Part shown: positions 52,385 to 64,000 of the stretch, in pieces
Layout of the letters: every line of letters starts with the position of its first letter
How positions within the stretch are numbered: position 1 is the first letter of the stretch
Source: Chiloscyllium plagiosum
Lineage: Eukaryota
Direction of reading: 5' to 3'
NCBI RefSeq assembly: GCF_004010195.1
Contig: NC_057758.1
Coordinates: forward strand, 6,193,352-6,257,351
DNA length: 64,000 nt
Position numbers and translations under genes: made by a program
The notes under the pieces: model-generated
The model's input: only the letters and a program-made list of their open reading frames with translations
Told to the model about the DNA's origin: nothing
Databases searched by the model: none

Positions 52385-53310
52385 AAAGTCATAGAATCAT
52401 AGAGTCCTACAACGTGGAGACGAGCCCGTTGGCCGAAAAGAGTCCATGCTAATCACAATATCTCTCTACGCTGACCCGACACTTCGCTCATCTCCTTCTA
52501 TTCACTTCTTTCCATGTATTTGTCCAAATGATTAAAAAAATATTTTTAAAGTACCCGCCTCAACTACTTCTGTTGGCAGCTCATTCCACATGTGTATCAC
52601 CATCCGTGTGAAACGGTTGCTCCTTAGGTTTCCTTTTATTATTTCCCCACTAACCTTAAGCTGATGCCATCTCGTCCTCAATTCCCGAACCCCGCAAGAA
52701 AGACTGAGTGCATCCATCAGCTCCATGCAGCTTTTGATTTTTTCATATGCGTATGATACCCCAACACTCTCCGATACTCTGAAAAAAAGAAGTCCTCGCG
52801 TGTTCCGATACGCCAGACCACTGAGTCCAGGCAACATTCCTGAAAATTGCTCCTGCACTCTTTCCAGTTTCACGACGCCGATCCCACAGAAGATGACCAA
52901 AAGTGAACACCATACTTCAGTTTTAGATTCATCAACGTAATATATAACTGCAAAACTCCCCAACGCCAATACTGAATGCCCTGCCTGACGAAGGCTATTG
53001 TCTTAAAAGCCTTCTTCACTGCCCTGTCTACCTTTGACTCGACTTTCAGAGAACTGTGAAACAGAACTCTAAATCCCTCTGTTGCTATACACTGCATAAG
53101 GCCCTGCCATTTACATGAAAGTCCAGTCATGATTTGACTTTCCAAAATGCAAGATCTCACACTCACAACAAGCCAGGCTTATTGACATTAAACTCCATTA
53201 TCCATTTCTCGGTGCACTTCTCCAGTTAATCAAGATCCGGGAGCAATTCCTGATTACCTGCCTCGCTCTCCACCATACCGCCTATTTTAGTGTCATCAGC
53301 AAAATTGCTT
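52385..53310 (-). mobile_element. CR1 LINE 3' fragment
   Basis: KLERVQEQFSGMLPGL..MWNELPTEVVEAGTL; (catagaat)-type tail at 52385. Confidence 0.85.
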
Positions 53311-53434
53311 GTATTTTATAATTCAAATCTTTTCACTTGTCTTTATACTCCCCCAAGTTAAATGGCCTCCTTTCCGACTCTGCCATACTCCACTGGCTCA
53401 TCCATCCTGCATCTTTTCTACTCATCCAGACAAA

Positions 53435-56360
53435 GACAAAGCCAGTCGGGAAGGTAAGTGATTGTTCTACTCATACAGACCTTCCCGGTCGGGAAGGTAA
53501 GTGATTGTTATTTAAGAAGTTACCTCGACGCCAGCGGTCTTTTCGCATCAGAGAGGTCGGGAGCTGGGCGGAAGTGAAGGCAGAGCGCAAAGCCGATCGG
53601 GACGGTAAGTGATTTTCATTTAAAAGTTACCTCGACGCCAACTATCTTTTCACATCTGAGAGCGGCGGAAGCTGGGCAGAAGTGAAGACGGAGCGCAAAG
53701 CCGTCGGGAAGGTATTTGAGTGGGTGTGTCAGGTGGATAGAGCTGAGAAATACGAAGGGTAAAAAGACTCTCTTGGGAGTTATCTACAGGCCCCCAAGCA
53801 GTAGTCTGGATGTCGGATGTAAGTTAATTCGGGAGTTGAAATTGGCCTGTCGCAAAAATGTTACTACAGTTGTTGTCAACATACAGGTAGACTGGGAGAA
53901 TCAGGATGGTATTGGACCTCTGGAAAGAGACTTTGTGGAGTGCCTCAGAGATGGATTCTTATAACAGCTGGTGCTGGGGCCGACCAGGGAGAAGACAATT
54001 CTGGATCTGGTATTGTGCAACGAACCAGAATTGATCAGGGACCTCGAAGTGAAGGAGCCATTGGGAAGTAGTGACCATAATACAATAATCTTGAATCTGC
54101 AATTTGAGAGGGAGAGGGTACAATCGGAAGTGACAATTTTTCAGTTGAATTAAGGAAACTATGGAGCTATGAGGGAGGAGCTGGCCAAAGTTCAATGCTG
54201 CCATACCTTAGCAGGAATAACAGTGGAGGAACAATGGCGGATATTTCTGTGTATAATGCAGAAGTTGCAGGATCAGTTCATTCCAACAAGGAAGAAAGAT
54301 CCGAGGAGCAGGCATGGGTGGCCGTGGCTGACGAGGGAAGTTAAGAAACATATAAAGTTAAAAAAGAAAAAGTTTAACATAGCAAAGATAAGTGGGAAAA
54401 CGGAGGACTGGGAAGCATTTAAAGAACAACAGAGGATTACAAAGAAGGAAATACGCAGATAATAAAATGAGGTACGAAGGTAAACTGGCCAATAATATAT
54501 AGGAGGATAGTAAAAGTTTTTTTTAGGTATGTGAAAGGCAAAAAAATGATTAAGAATAAATTTGGGCCCTTGAAGACAGAAACAGGGAAATATATTAAGG
54601 GGAACAAAGAAATAGCAGAAGAATTAAATTGGTTCTTCAGATCTCTGTTCACACTGGAAGACACATGCAATCTCCCTGACGTAAAATTGGCTGAAGGACT
54701 TGAACTGAAGGGAATTTACATTTGCCAGGAGTTGGTGTTGGAGAGACTGTTAGGTCTGAAGGCTGAAAACTCCCCGGGGCCTGATGGTCTACATCCCAGG
54801 GTACTGAAGGAGGTGGCTCGAGAAATTGTGGATGCGTTGGTGATTATTTTCAAGAGTTTGAAAGATTTAGGATCAGTTCCTGCGGATTGGAGGGTGGCTA
54901 AAGTTATACCACTATTTAAGAAAGGTAGGAGAGAGAAAACAGGAAATTATAGACCAGTTAGCCTGACCTCAGTGGTGGGAAAGATGCTGGATTCTATTAT
55001 AAATGATGAAATTATGAAACATCTGGATAGTAGTTACAGTATAGGTCAGAGTAAGCCTGGATTTATGAAGGGGAAATCATGCTTGACTAATCTTCTGGAA
55101 ACTTTTGAGGATGCAATTCTGAAGATGGACGACGGAGATCCAGTAGATGTAGTGTACCTGGACTTTCAGAAAGCTTTTGATAAAGTCCCACATAGGAGGT
55201 TAGTGAGCATAATTAGGGCGCATGGTATTGGGGGCAAAGTACTAACTTGGATTGAAAGTTGGTTTAGCTTACATTACAGTGTGGAATCAGGGCCTTCGGC
55301 CCAACAAGTCCACACCGACCCGCCGAAGTGCAACCCACCCATACCCCTATATTTACCCCTTACCCAACACTACAGGCAATTTAGTATGGCCAATTCACCT
55401 GACCTGCACATCTGGACTGTGGGAGGAAACCGGAGCACCCGGAGGAAACCCACGCAGACACTGCTGTGAGGCAGCAGTGCTAACCACTGTGCCACCGTGC
55501 CGCCCGTTTGGCTGATAGGAAACAATGAGTAGTGATAAACAGCCCCATTTCAGAATGGCAGGCAGTGACCAGTGGGGTACCGCAGGGATCAGTACTGGGA
55601 CCGCAGCTTTTTACAATATATGTTAATGATATAGAAGATGGTATNNNNNNNNNNNNNTACACCAGTCAATGAAGGTAAGCATGCAGGTACAGTAGGTAGC
55701 GAAGAAGGCTAATAGCATGCTGGCCTTCATAACAAGAGGGATTAAGAATTGAAGCAAAGACGTTCTTCTATAGCTGCACAGGGTCCTGGTAACACCACAC
55801 CTGGAGTACTGTGTGCAGTTCTGATCTCCAAATTTGAGGAAAGACATTGTAGCTATTGAGGGAGTGCAGCGTAGGTTCACGAGGTCAATTCCTGGAATGG
55901 CGGGATTACCTTATACTGAAAGACTTGAGCGACTTGGCTTGTAAAACGTTGAGTTTAGAAGACTGAGAGGGGATATGATTGAGCCATATAAGATAATTAA
56001 AGGATTGGACACTCTGGAGGCAGGAAACATGTTTCCGCTGATGGGTGAGTGCCGAACCAGAGGACACAGCTTAAAAATACGGGGTAGACCAATTAGGACA
56101 CAGATGAGGAGAAACGTCTTCACCCAGAGAGTGGTGGCTGTATGGAATAATATGCCCCAGAGGGCAGTTGAGGCCCAGTCTCTGGATTCATTTAAGAAAG
56201 AGTTGGATAGAGCTCTCAATGATAGTGGAATCAAGGGCTATGGACATAAGGCAGGAACAGGATACTAATCAGGAATGATCAGCCATGATCATATTGAATG
56301 GTGGTGCAGGCTCGAAGAGCAGAATGGCCTACTCCTGCACCTATTGTCTATTGTCTATTG
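53435..56360 (+). mobile_element. Relatively young CR1/HER1 LINE: 5' UTR monomers joined directly to ORF2 (ORF1 deleted), SINE insert, intact 3' tail
   Basis: WIELRNTKGKKTLLGVIYRPP, ILDLVLCNE, LGSSDHN, SPGPDGLHPRVLKE, NYRPVSLTSVVGK, YLDFQKAFDKVPH; (ctattgt)n tail at 56341-56360. Confidence 0.93.
55262..55505 (-). mobile_element. Internally deleted HE1-like SINE inside the CR1 RT
   Basis: Same sequence as 34856-35189 but lacking the B-box segment. Confidence 0.85.
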
Positions 56361-56409
56361 TAAAGAGTAGGTACCAATACCTTTGGATAACGTTAACAGC
56401 TGAACATGG

Positions 56410-57442
56410 AATATAGAACACAGAACTGTTCAGCAACGTCAGCCATTTGGCTCTCGAAGCTGTGCCGAACATATTTCCTTTTCTGAGATCAAACTAACCG
56501 ACATTGTCTTTATTTTACGATCATCCTTGTGCCTATCCAACAGACTATTACATGTCCCTCATGTATCTGAATCTACCATCAACGTTGGCAGTGCATTCCA
56601 CGCACTCACTACAGTCTGTGAAAAGAACTGACCTCTGGTATCTACTCTGAACCTTCTTCCAATCACCTTAAAATTATACCCACTTTTGATAAGTATTTCT
56701 GCCCTTTGAATATATCTCTACCTATTCACTCTATCTATGCCTCTCATCACTCTGTACGCCTCGACCAAATCACCTCTCATCTTTCTTTACTCCAATGAGA
56801 AAAGTCATAACCCCCTCAAACGTTCTTCATAAGACATGCCATCCAGTCTAGGCATCATCCTGGCAAATCTCCGCTGTGCTCTCTCTGAAGCTTCCATACT
56901 TTTCCTGTAATGAGGAGACCAGAACTGACCACAATATTCCAAGTGTGGTCTTCCTCGTGTACTATACAACTGGAGCATAAACTCAAAGCTTTAAAACACA
57001 ATACCCATAATGAAGGAAAGTACACAATGCGCCTTCTGAATAAGCCCATCAACAAGGGTGGCGACTTTGAACAATCCATGAACGTGGACACCAAAATCTC
57101 TATGTTCCTCCACACTGCCATTTTCCTGCCTCACCCCCGTATTTTGCATTAAATTTCGAATTTCCAAAATGAACGACTTCACACTTTTACAGCTTGAAGT
57201 CAATCTGTCACTTCTCACCCCAGGTCTTTATTATGTCAAGGTCCTGTTACACCCAACAAATTCCCTCCGGACGATCCACCACTTCAAAATCTTCATGCCA
57301 TCGGCAAAATCACTCGCCCCATCCTACCAGTTCGTCATTCATGTATAAACATCACAAAAGTCAGAGGACGTGGTTCAGAACCCAATGGGACACCTATGGT
57401 CAATGGGCTCCAGTCTGAATGATTTCCATCTACAACCACACT
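56410..57442 (-). mobile_element. CR1 LINE 3' fragment
   Basis: GSVEEHRDFGVHVHGLFKVATLVD; CR1 3' UTR. Confidence 0.8.
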
Positions 57443-58415
57443 NNNNNNNNNNNNNNNNNNNNNNNNNNNNNNNNNNNNNNNNNNNNNNNNNNNNNNNNNN
57501 NNNNNNNNNNNNNNNNNNNNNNNNNNNNNNNNNNNNNNNNNNNNNNNNNNNNNNNNNNNNNNNNNNNNNNNNNNNNNNNNNNNNNNNNNNNNNNNNNNNN
57601 NNNNNNNNNNNNNNNNNNNNNNNNNNNNNNNNNNNNNNNNNNNNNNNNNNNNNNNNNNNNNNNNNNNNNNNNNNNNNNNNNNNNNNNNNNNNNNNNNNNN
57701 NNNNNNNNNNNNNNNNNNNNNNNNNNNNNNNNNNNNNNNNNNNNNNNNNNNNNNNNNNNNNNNNNNNNNNNNNNNNNNNNNNNNNNNNNNNNNNNNNNNN
57801 NNNNNNNNNNNNNNNNNNNNNNNNNNNNNNNNNNNNNNNNNNNNNNNNNNNNNNNNNNNNNNNNNNNNNNNNNNNNNNNNNNNNNNNNNNNNNNNNNNNN
57901 NNNNNNNNNNNNNNNNNNNNNNNNNNNNNNNNNNNNNNNNNNNNNNNNNNNNNNNNNNNNNNNNNNNNNNNNNNNNNNNNNNNNNNNNNNNNNNNNNNNN
58001 NNNNNNNNNNNNNNNNNNNNNNNNNNNNNNNNNNNNNNNNNNNNNNNNNNNNNNNNNNNNNNNNNNNNNNNNNNNNNNNNNNNNNNNNNNNNNNNNNNNN
58101 NNNNNNNNNNNNNNNNNNNNNNNNNNNNNNNNNNNNNNNNNNNNNNNNNNNNNNNNNNNNNNNNNNNNNNNNNNNNNNNNNNNNNNNNNNNNNNNNNNNN
58201 NNNNNNNNNNNNNNNNNNNNNNNNNNNNNNNNNNNNNNNNNNNNNNNNNNNNNNNNNNNNNNNNNNNNNNNNNNNNNNNNNNNNNNNNNNNNNNNNNNNN
58301 NNNNNNNNNNNNNNNNNNNNNNNNNNNNNNNNNNNNNNNNNNNNNNNNNNNNNNNNNNNNNNNNNNNNNNNNNNNNNNNNNNNNNNNNNNNNNNNNNNNN
58401 NNNNNNNNNNNNNNN

Positions 58416-59674
58416 CGCTGTCCTCAAAAACATCAAGGTCCGTCTGAGTAGTGAATACTGAAGAAAAATATTCATTAAGTACCTCCCCTACCTCCTCCAA
58501 CGACAGGCACAAGTTTCCTCCACTGACTGTATTTAGTTCTATACTCACTCCGGGCATTTTCCTGCTCCTCGCATACGTATAGAATGCCTTAGGGATTTGC
58601 CCAATGCTTCCCACGAAAGACTTCCTATGCCTCTTCCAACAGTCTGAGTGCAGTTTTCAGTTCATTTCTGGCTGCCTTGCAACCCTTTAGAGCCTTGCCT
58701 GATCCTTAAATTCTTATACTTATAGTTGGATTCCTCTAAATGAAGCCCACTACCTGCCCTCACTTGCAGCCACACTTTGCTGTTCCTGGCCACCGACAGA
58801 GTTTGTGAAACTTCATCTACCAGGTATGACCTCCTCCTGAAACAAAGTGTCCAGGTGTTCCTTCAGATTCTGGATATGCTGCAGCGTTTGAAGCTCAGAT
58901 TCCTGCTTATCGAATGAACCAGACTTCTTAAAACAAAGAACAATTTTGCAGATGTAGTCAATGCAAATCTAAATGTGATCAGCCATCTCCGACATCACAC
59001 AGTGACAGCATATGGACTGCGCAGCCGTCTTTACTTAGCTAAGTAAATTGGTAATTAGTTAATCATCGATTAACTTTTTTTTCTCGATTTGGAGTGTTTT
59101 TTTGTTCAAATCTCGGACAGATTTCCGATCAGCCAATCAGGTCAGATCTCTCGTGTAACGTGCTTAAACTTTGGTTAATCATGTCATTCACTGTTGAAAG
59201 CAGAAATGTAAAAGACAAGTCAGGTCCCATCATAACCATCGGGAAAAGACAAACGATGGTTTGGGCATAAACTCCCAGTCACTTTCAAAGTAACGACCGC
59301 ATCATTCCCTGCAAAATTTCAATGAGTTTAAACACAGACGACATCTCATTTTCTCCGTGCCAATGATGGCTCCAGCAAACAGCAACCGTTCTTAATTCTG
59401 AAAAGAAAACGAACAATTGCCAAACTTATAATGTTGGCTTCATGCTTCCTAAGTCTGATGAGGAGAGTTAAGCTATGAACCCAGTCCTCCTGGATTAACG
59501 ACTGATGCAATTCCCTTGCATCACAGCATCCCTCAGGCGTTTGACTGTTACTGTAAAAACTTTAAGAGCAACACGGTGATGACGATGAATTGGAGACGAA
59601 TTTCTCCTCAGTGATCAGATCAAGCTAAAAGATTGGATATGGAAACAATTAACTGATACACTTTCGTTTCAGGA
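58416..59674 (-). repeat. Left arm of second inverted duplication (CR1 ORF1/ORF2 relics plus unique DNA)
   Basis: cgctgtcctcaaaaacatc (58416) is the reverse complement of 63718-63736; cactttcgtttcagga (to 59674) is the reverse complement of 62478 onward. Near-identical ORF translations (MGSIGQIPKAFYTYARSRKMPG) on opposite strands. Confidence 0.93.
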
Positions 59675-59719
59675 TTTGGTCCTCCCACCTTGATCTTGGA
59701 TGCTAGAAGCATCCTAAAG

Positions 59720-61977
59720 AAATGTGGTTAACTTGAGAAATTTGGTTGATTCCTGGGACTTCGATGTTGTGGCCATCTCGGAGACATGTATAGAGCTGGA
59801 ACAGGAATGCCACAGACTACGTGGTTCAGACGATTCAGTAAATCAGTAAAAGTGGTAAAAGAGGAGCGGTGTGGCATTGTTAGTCAAGGACAGTTTTACT
59901 GTGGCAGAAAGGATGGTGATGAGGCCTCGTCTATTGAGGTAGTACGGGCTGAGTTTCGGAACAGAAAAGGAGTGGTCACCCTATTGGGTGTTTTCTGTAG
60001 CTGTACAATCAGTTCAGGAGATGCAGAGGGAAGGATAACGAAGCCGATTCTGGACTGTAGCGACAGTAACAGGGTAGTTGTTATGGGAGCCCATAATTTT
60101 CCCAACATTGACTGGAACTACTATAGTTCGACGACATTAGATGGGTCAGTTTTTGTACTCTTGGGTGTTTTCTGTAGGCCTTGGAAAAGTTTCAGAGATG
60201 TAGCAGAAAGGATTGCAAAACGTAATCTGGGCAGGAGCGAAAGTAACAGGGTAATTGTCATGAGAGACTATAGTTTTCCAAATATTGACTGGAAACGCTT
60301 TAGTTGGAGTACTTTGGACGTGTCAGTTTTCCCCATTTTAACAGGAGGGTTTAATGACGCAGCCAACAAAAGGCGAGTGCACAGTGGTTTTGGTACAGGG
60401 TAATGAACCAGGCCGGGTGTTAGATACGAAGCGAGGTGTGCACTTTGGTGTAAGTGACCACAATTCAGTGACGTTTACTTTAACGATGGAAAGGGACGGG
60501 TATGTACTGAAAAGCAAGAGTTATAGCTGGGGTAAAAGCAACTATGATGTGGTTAGGCAAGATTTAGTGACTATAGGTTGGGGAAGTAAACTGCAGGGGA
60601 TAGGCACAATTGAAATGTTGAGCTTATTCAAGGAAAAGCAATAGTGTCACCTTGATAAGTATGCATCGGTCAGGCAGAGAGAAAGTGGTCAAGTGAGGAA
60701 GCTGTGGTTCACTAAAGAAGTTGAATCTCTTGTCAAGTGTAAGAACGAGACTCATTAAAGATGAGACGTGAAGGCTCAGTTACGACACTTGAGAGTTACA
60801 AGTTAGCACGCAGTGACCTCGAGAGAATCTACGTAGAACCAGGAGGGGACATGAGAAATGTTCGGCCAATAAAATCAATGGAAATCCGAAAACTTTCTAT
60901 CGGTATAAACAGTAATAAAAAAATGACAAGGTCAGATTAAGGCCAATCAATTAAAATAGTGGGAAGTTTTGGGTGGAGTCTGAACAGATAGAAAAGGCGC
61001 TAAATGACACAGGAATAATGCAATGCTGTCGAGGGGAACACTGAGACACAAGATACGAGAATAGACAGCATTGAACTTCTTCAGCAGACGGCGTTAATAA
61101 TTGTCAAAAGTATGAAAATAGGAAAGTCAACTGGGTCGGATGGGATTTATCCTGGGATTATCTGGGACCGTAGTGAGGAGGTAGCATATCATTTGTCATT
61201 GATGTTTATGTTTATGTCGTCATTGTCTGTACGAAGCGTGCCAGAAGATTGGAGGATAGCAAATGTGGTTCTCTTGTTCAAGTCGGTGAATAGACGCAAC
61301 CCTGGTAATAATCGACCAGTGAGCATTACTATTCTTGTTGGAACGTTTTCGGTGGTATTGTATGAGATAGGATTTTTAATATCCTCGAACGTAATAATTT
61401 GATGAGGAATATTCAACACGGTTTTTTGAGGTGTAGGTCGACCATCACAAACCTTAGTGCGTTCTTTGAGAAGGTGACGAAACTGATGGATGAAGATAAA
61501 ACTGTTGATGTGCTATATGTGGATTTCAGTAAAGCTTTTGGTAAGATTCCTTGTTGTGGGCCATTGTAGAAAATGCAGAGGCATGGGATTGAGGATGATA
61601 GCAGATTGAGGTTTGTAGCAGATAATACCTCGATGTTCCCTTCTGGTTCTTCTTAGTTCCCTCTTTAGGTCGGACCTGGCCAGCTTGTAACACTCAAGCG
61701 CACGAACTGCGCCTTCACGTTTCATCTTTCCATGAGCCTGGATTTACGTTCGTACTGCTGCACCGCAAGGATCTGCTTTTGGACCACGACTGATTTTCAT
61801 ATTTATAACTGACCTGGATAAGTGCGATGAACGATGTGTAAGAACATTTGCCGATGACCCTAAACTAGGTGGAGCTGTAGACAGTGTAGAAGGACTTTGC
61901 AGGTGACAGTGGGATATAAGAAAGTTGGAGAACTGGACTGAGAGGTGGCAAAAGGAGTATAATGTGGAAAATTGTGA
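59720..61977 (+). mobile_element. CR1 ORF2 relic (endonuclease to RT) with an internal tandem duplication and an inverted insert
   Basis: WDFDVVAISET, VVMGAHNFPNIDW, FGVSDHNSV, GSDGIYPGII, VPEDWRIANVV, YVDFSKAFGKIP. Confidence 0.85.
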
Positions 61978-62477
61978 NNNNNNNNNNNNNNNNNNNNNNN
62001 NNNNNNNNNNNNNNNNNNNNNNNNNNNNNNNNNNNNNNNNNNNNNNNNNNNNNNNNNNNNNNNNNNNNNNNNNNNNNNNNNNNNNNNNNNNNNNNNNNNN
62101 NNNNNNNNNNNNNNNNNNNNNNNNNNNNNNNNNNNNNNNNNNNNNNNNNNNNNNNNNNNNNNNNNNNNNNNNNNNNNNNNNNNNNNNNNNNNNNNNNNNN
62201 NNNNNNNNNNNNNNNNNNNNNNNNNNNNNNNNNNNNNNNNNNNNNNNNNNNNNNNNNNNNNNNNNNNNNNNNNNNNNNNNNNNNNNNNNNNNNNNNNNNN
62301 NNNNNNNNNNNNNNNNNNNNNNNNNNNNNNNNNNNNNNNNNNNNNNNNNNNNNNNNNNNNNNNNNNNNNNNNNNNNNNNNNNNNNNNNNNNNNNNNNNNN
62401 NNNNNNNNNNNNNNNNNNNNNNNNNNNNNNNNNNNNNNNNNNNNNNNNNNNNNNNNNNNNNNNNNNNNNNNNNNNNN

Positions 62478-63736
62478 TCCTGAAACGAAAGTGTTTCAGT
62501 TAATTGTTTCCATATCCAGTCTTTTAGCTTGATCTGATCACTGAGGAGAAATTCGTCTCCAATTCATTGTCATCACCGTGTTGCTCTTAAAGATTTTACA
62601 GTAACAGGCAAACGCCTGAGGGATGCTGTGATGCAAGGGAATTGCATCAGTCGTTAATCCGGGAGGACTGGGTTCATAGCTTAACTCTCCTCATCAGACT
62701 TAGGAAGCATAAAGCCAACATTATAAGTTTGGCAATTGTTCGTTTTCTTTTCAGAATTAAGAACGGTTGCTGTTTTCTGGATCCATCATTGGCACGGAGA
62801 AAATGATATGTAGTCTGTGTTTAAACTCATTGAAATTTTGCAGGGAATGATGCGGTCGTTACTTTGAAAGTGACTGGGAGTTTATGCCAAAACCATCGTT
62901 TCTTTTCCCGATGGTTATAATGAGACCTGACTTGTCTTTTACATGTCTGCTTTCAACAGTGAATGGCATGATTAACCGAGCGTTAAGCACGTTACACGAG
63001 AGGTCTGACCTGATTGGCTGATCTGAAATCTGTCCGAGATTTGAACAAAAAAACACTCCAAATCGAGAAAAAAAAAGTTAATCGATGATTAACTAATTAC
63101 CAATTTACTTAACTAAGTAGAGACGGCTGTGCAGGCCATGTACTGTCAGTGTGTGATGTCGGAGATGGCTGATCACATTTCGATTTGCATTGACCACATC
63201 TGCAAAATTGTTCTTTGTTTGAAGGAGTCTGTTTCATTCGATAAGCTGGAATCTGAGCTTCAAACGCTGCAGCATATCCAGAATCTGAAGGAACACCTGG
63301 ACAATTTGTTTCAGGAGGAGGTCATATCTGGTAGATGAAGTTTCACAAACTCTGTCGGTGGCCATGAACAGCAAAGTGTGGCTGCAAGTGAGGGCAGGTA
63401 GTGGGCTTCATTTAGAGGAATCCAACTATAAGTATAAGAATTTAAGGATCAGGCAAGGCTCTAAAGGGTTGCAAGACAGCCAGAAATGAACTGAAAACTG
63501 CACTCAAGACTGTTGGAAGAGGCATAGGAAGGCTTTAGTGGGAAGCATTGGGCAAATCCCTAAGGCATTCTATACGTATGCGAGGAGCAGGAAAATGCCC
63601 GGAGTGAGTATAGAACGAAATACAGTCAGTGGAGGAAACTTGTGCCTGTCATTGGAGGAGGTAGGGGAGGTACTTAATGAATATTTTTCTTCAGTATTCA
63701 CTACTCAGACGGACCTTGATGTTTTTGAGGACAGCG
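62478..63736 (+). repeat. Right arm of second inverted duplication
   Basis: Mirror of 58416-59674. Includes a CR1 ORF1 N-terminal zinc-finger/zipper relic (63129-63338, CQCVMSEM..DHICK..KLESELQTL). Confidence 0.93.
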
Positions 63737-64000
63737 TAGAACAGGCTGACATGCTCGAAAAAGTTGATGATATGAGTGAGGATGTGCTTAAATATATAAA
63801 ATAAGCAAAATGATAAAGGAAAACGGCAGTGTGGAGTTCCCTGGGCCAGTTGAGATAAACCCAAAGGTTACTACCGGAAGGAAGGGACGAGATTGTTGCG
63901 CCTTTGGCGATGATTTTTGCTTTCTTTCAATCACCTGGAGTTGTGCCAGATCAGTAGAAGCTGAAAAAAATCATATCTTTGTTTAAGAAAGGGAATATGG

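Noticed and set aside
54531..55469. 312-aa ORF as a host or domesticated gene
   Set aside because: Ordinary CR1 ORF2 fragment running into a SINE, with stops upstream and downstream.

Overview
Repeat-dense eukaryotic draft scaffold with 8 N-gaps. The HE1-type SINEs, HER1/CR1 LINEs, Penelope elements and the GPCR family point to a cartilaginous fish (shark). I found no intact, recognisable host gene. The left 36 kb is a large inverted segmental duplication (about 1-10716 vs 24365-36524, roughly 90-95% identical by eye). It carries two convergent copies of a two-exon class A GPCR of the shark-expanded GPR139/GPR142-like type, each broken by a different frameshift. A second inverted duplication of at least 1.26 kb lies at 58416-59674 / 62478-63736. 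Other content: a decayed Gmr1-type Gypsy element with integrase before RT, a duplicated solo LTR, many CR1 fragments, and Penelope fragments with minimal hammerhead-ribozyme motifs, including a 192-bp near-perfect palindrome with a 15-bp TSD and a hammerhead on each strand. There is also an unexplained minus-strand signal-peptide exon (42105-42045) that splices in frame to give a 104-aa candidate secreted protein. All family assignments come from motif recognition, not database searches, and repeat boundaries are approximate.
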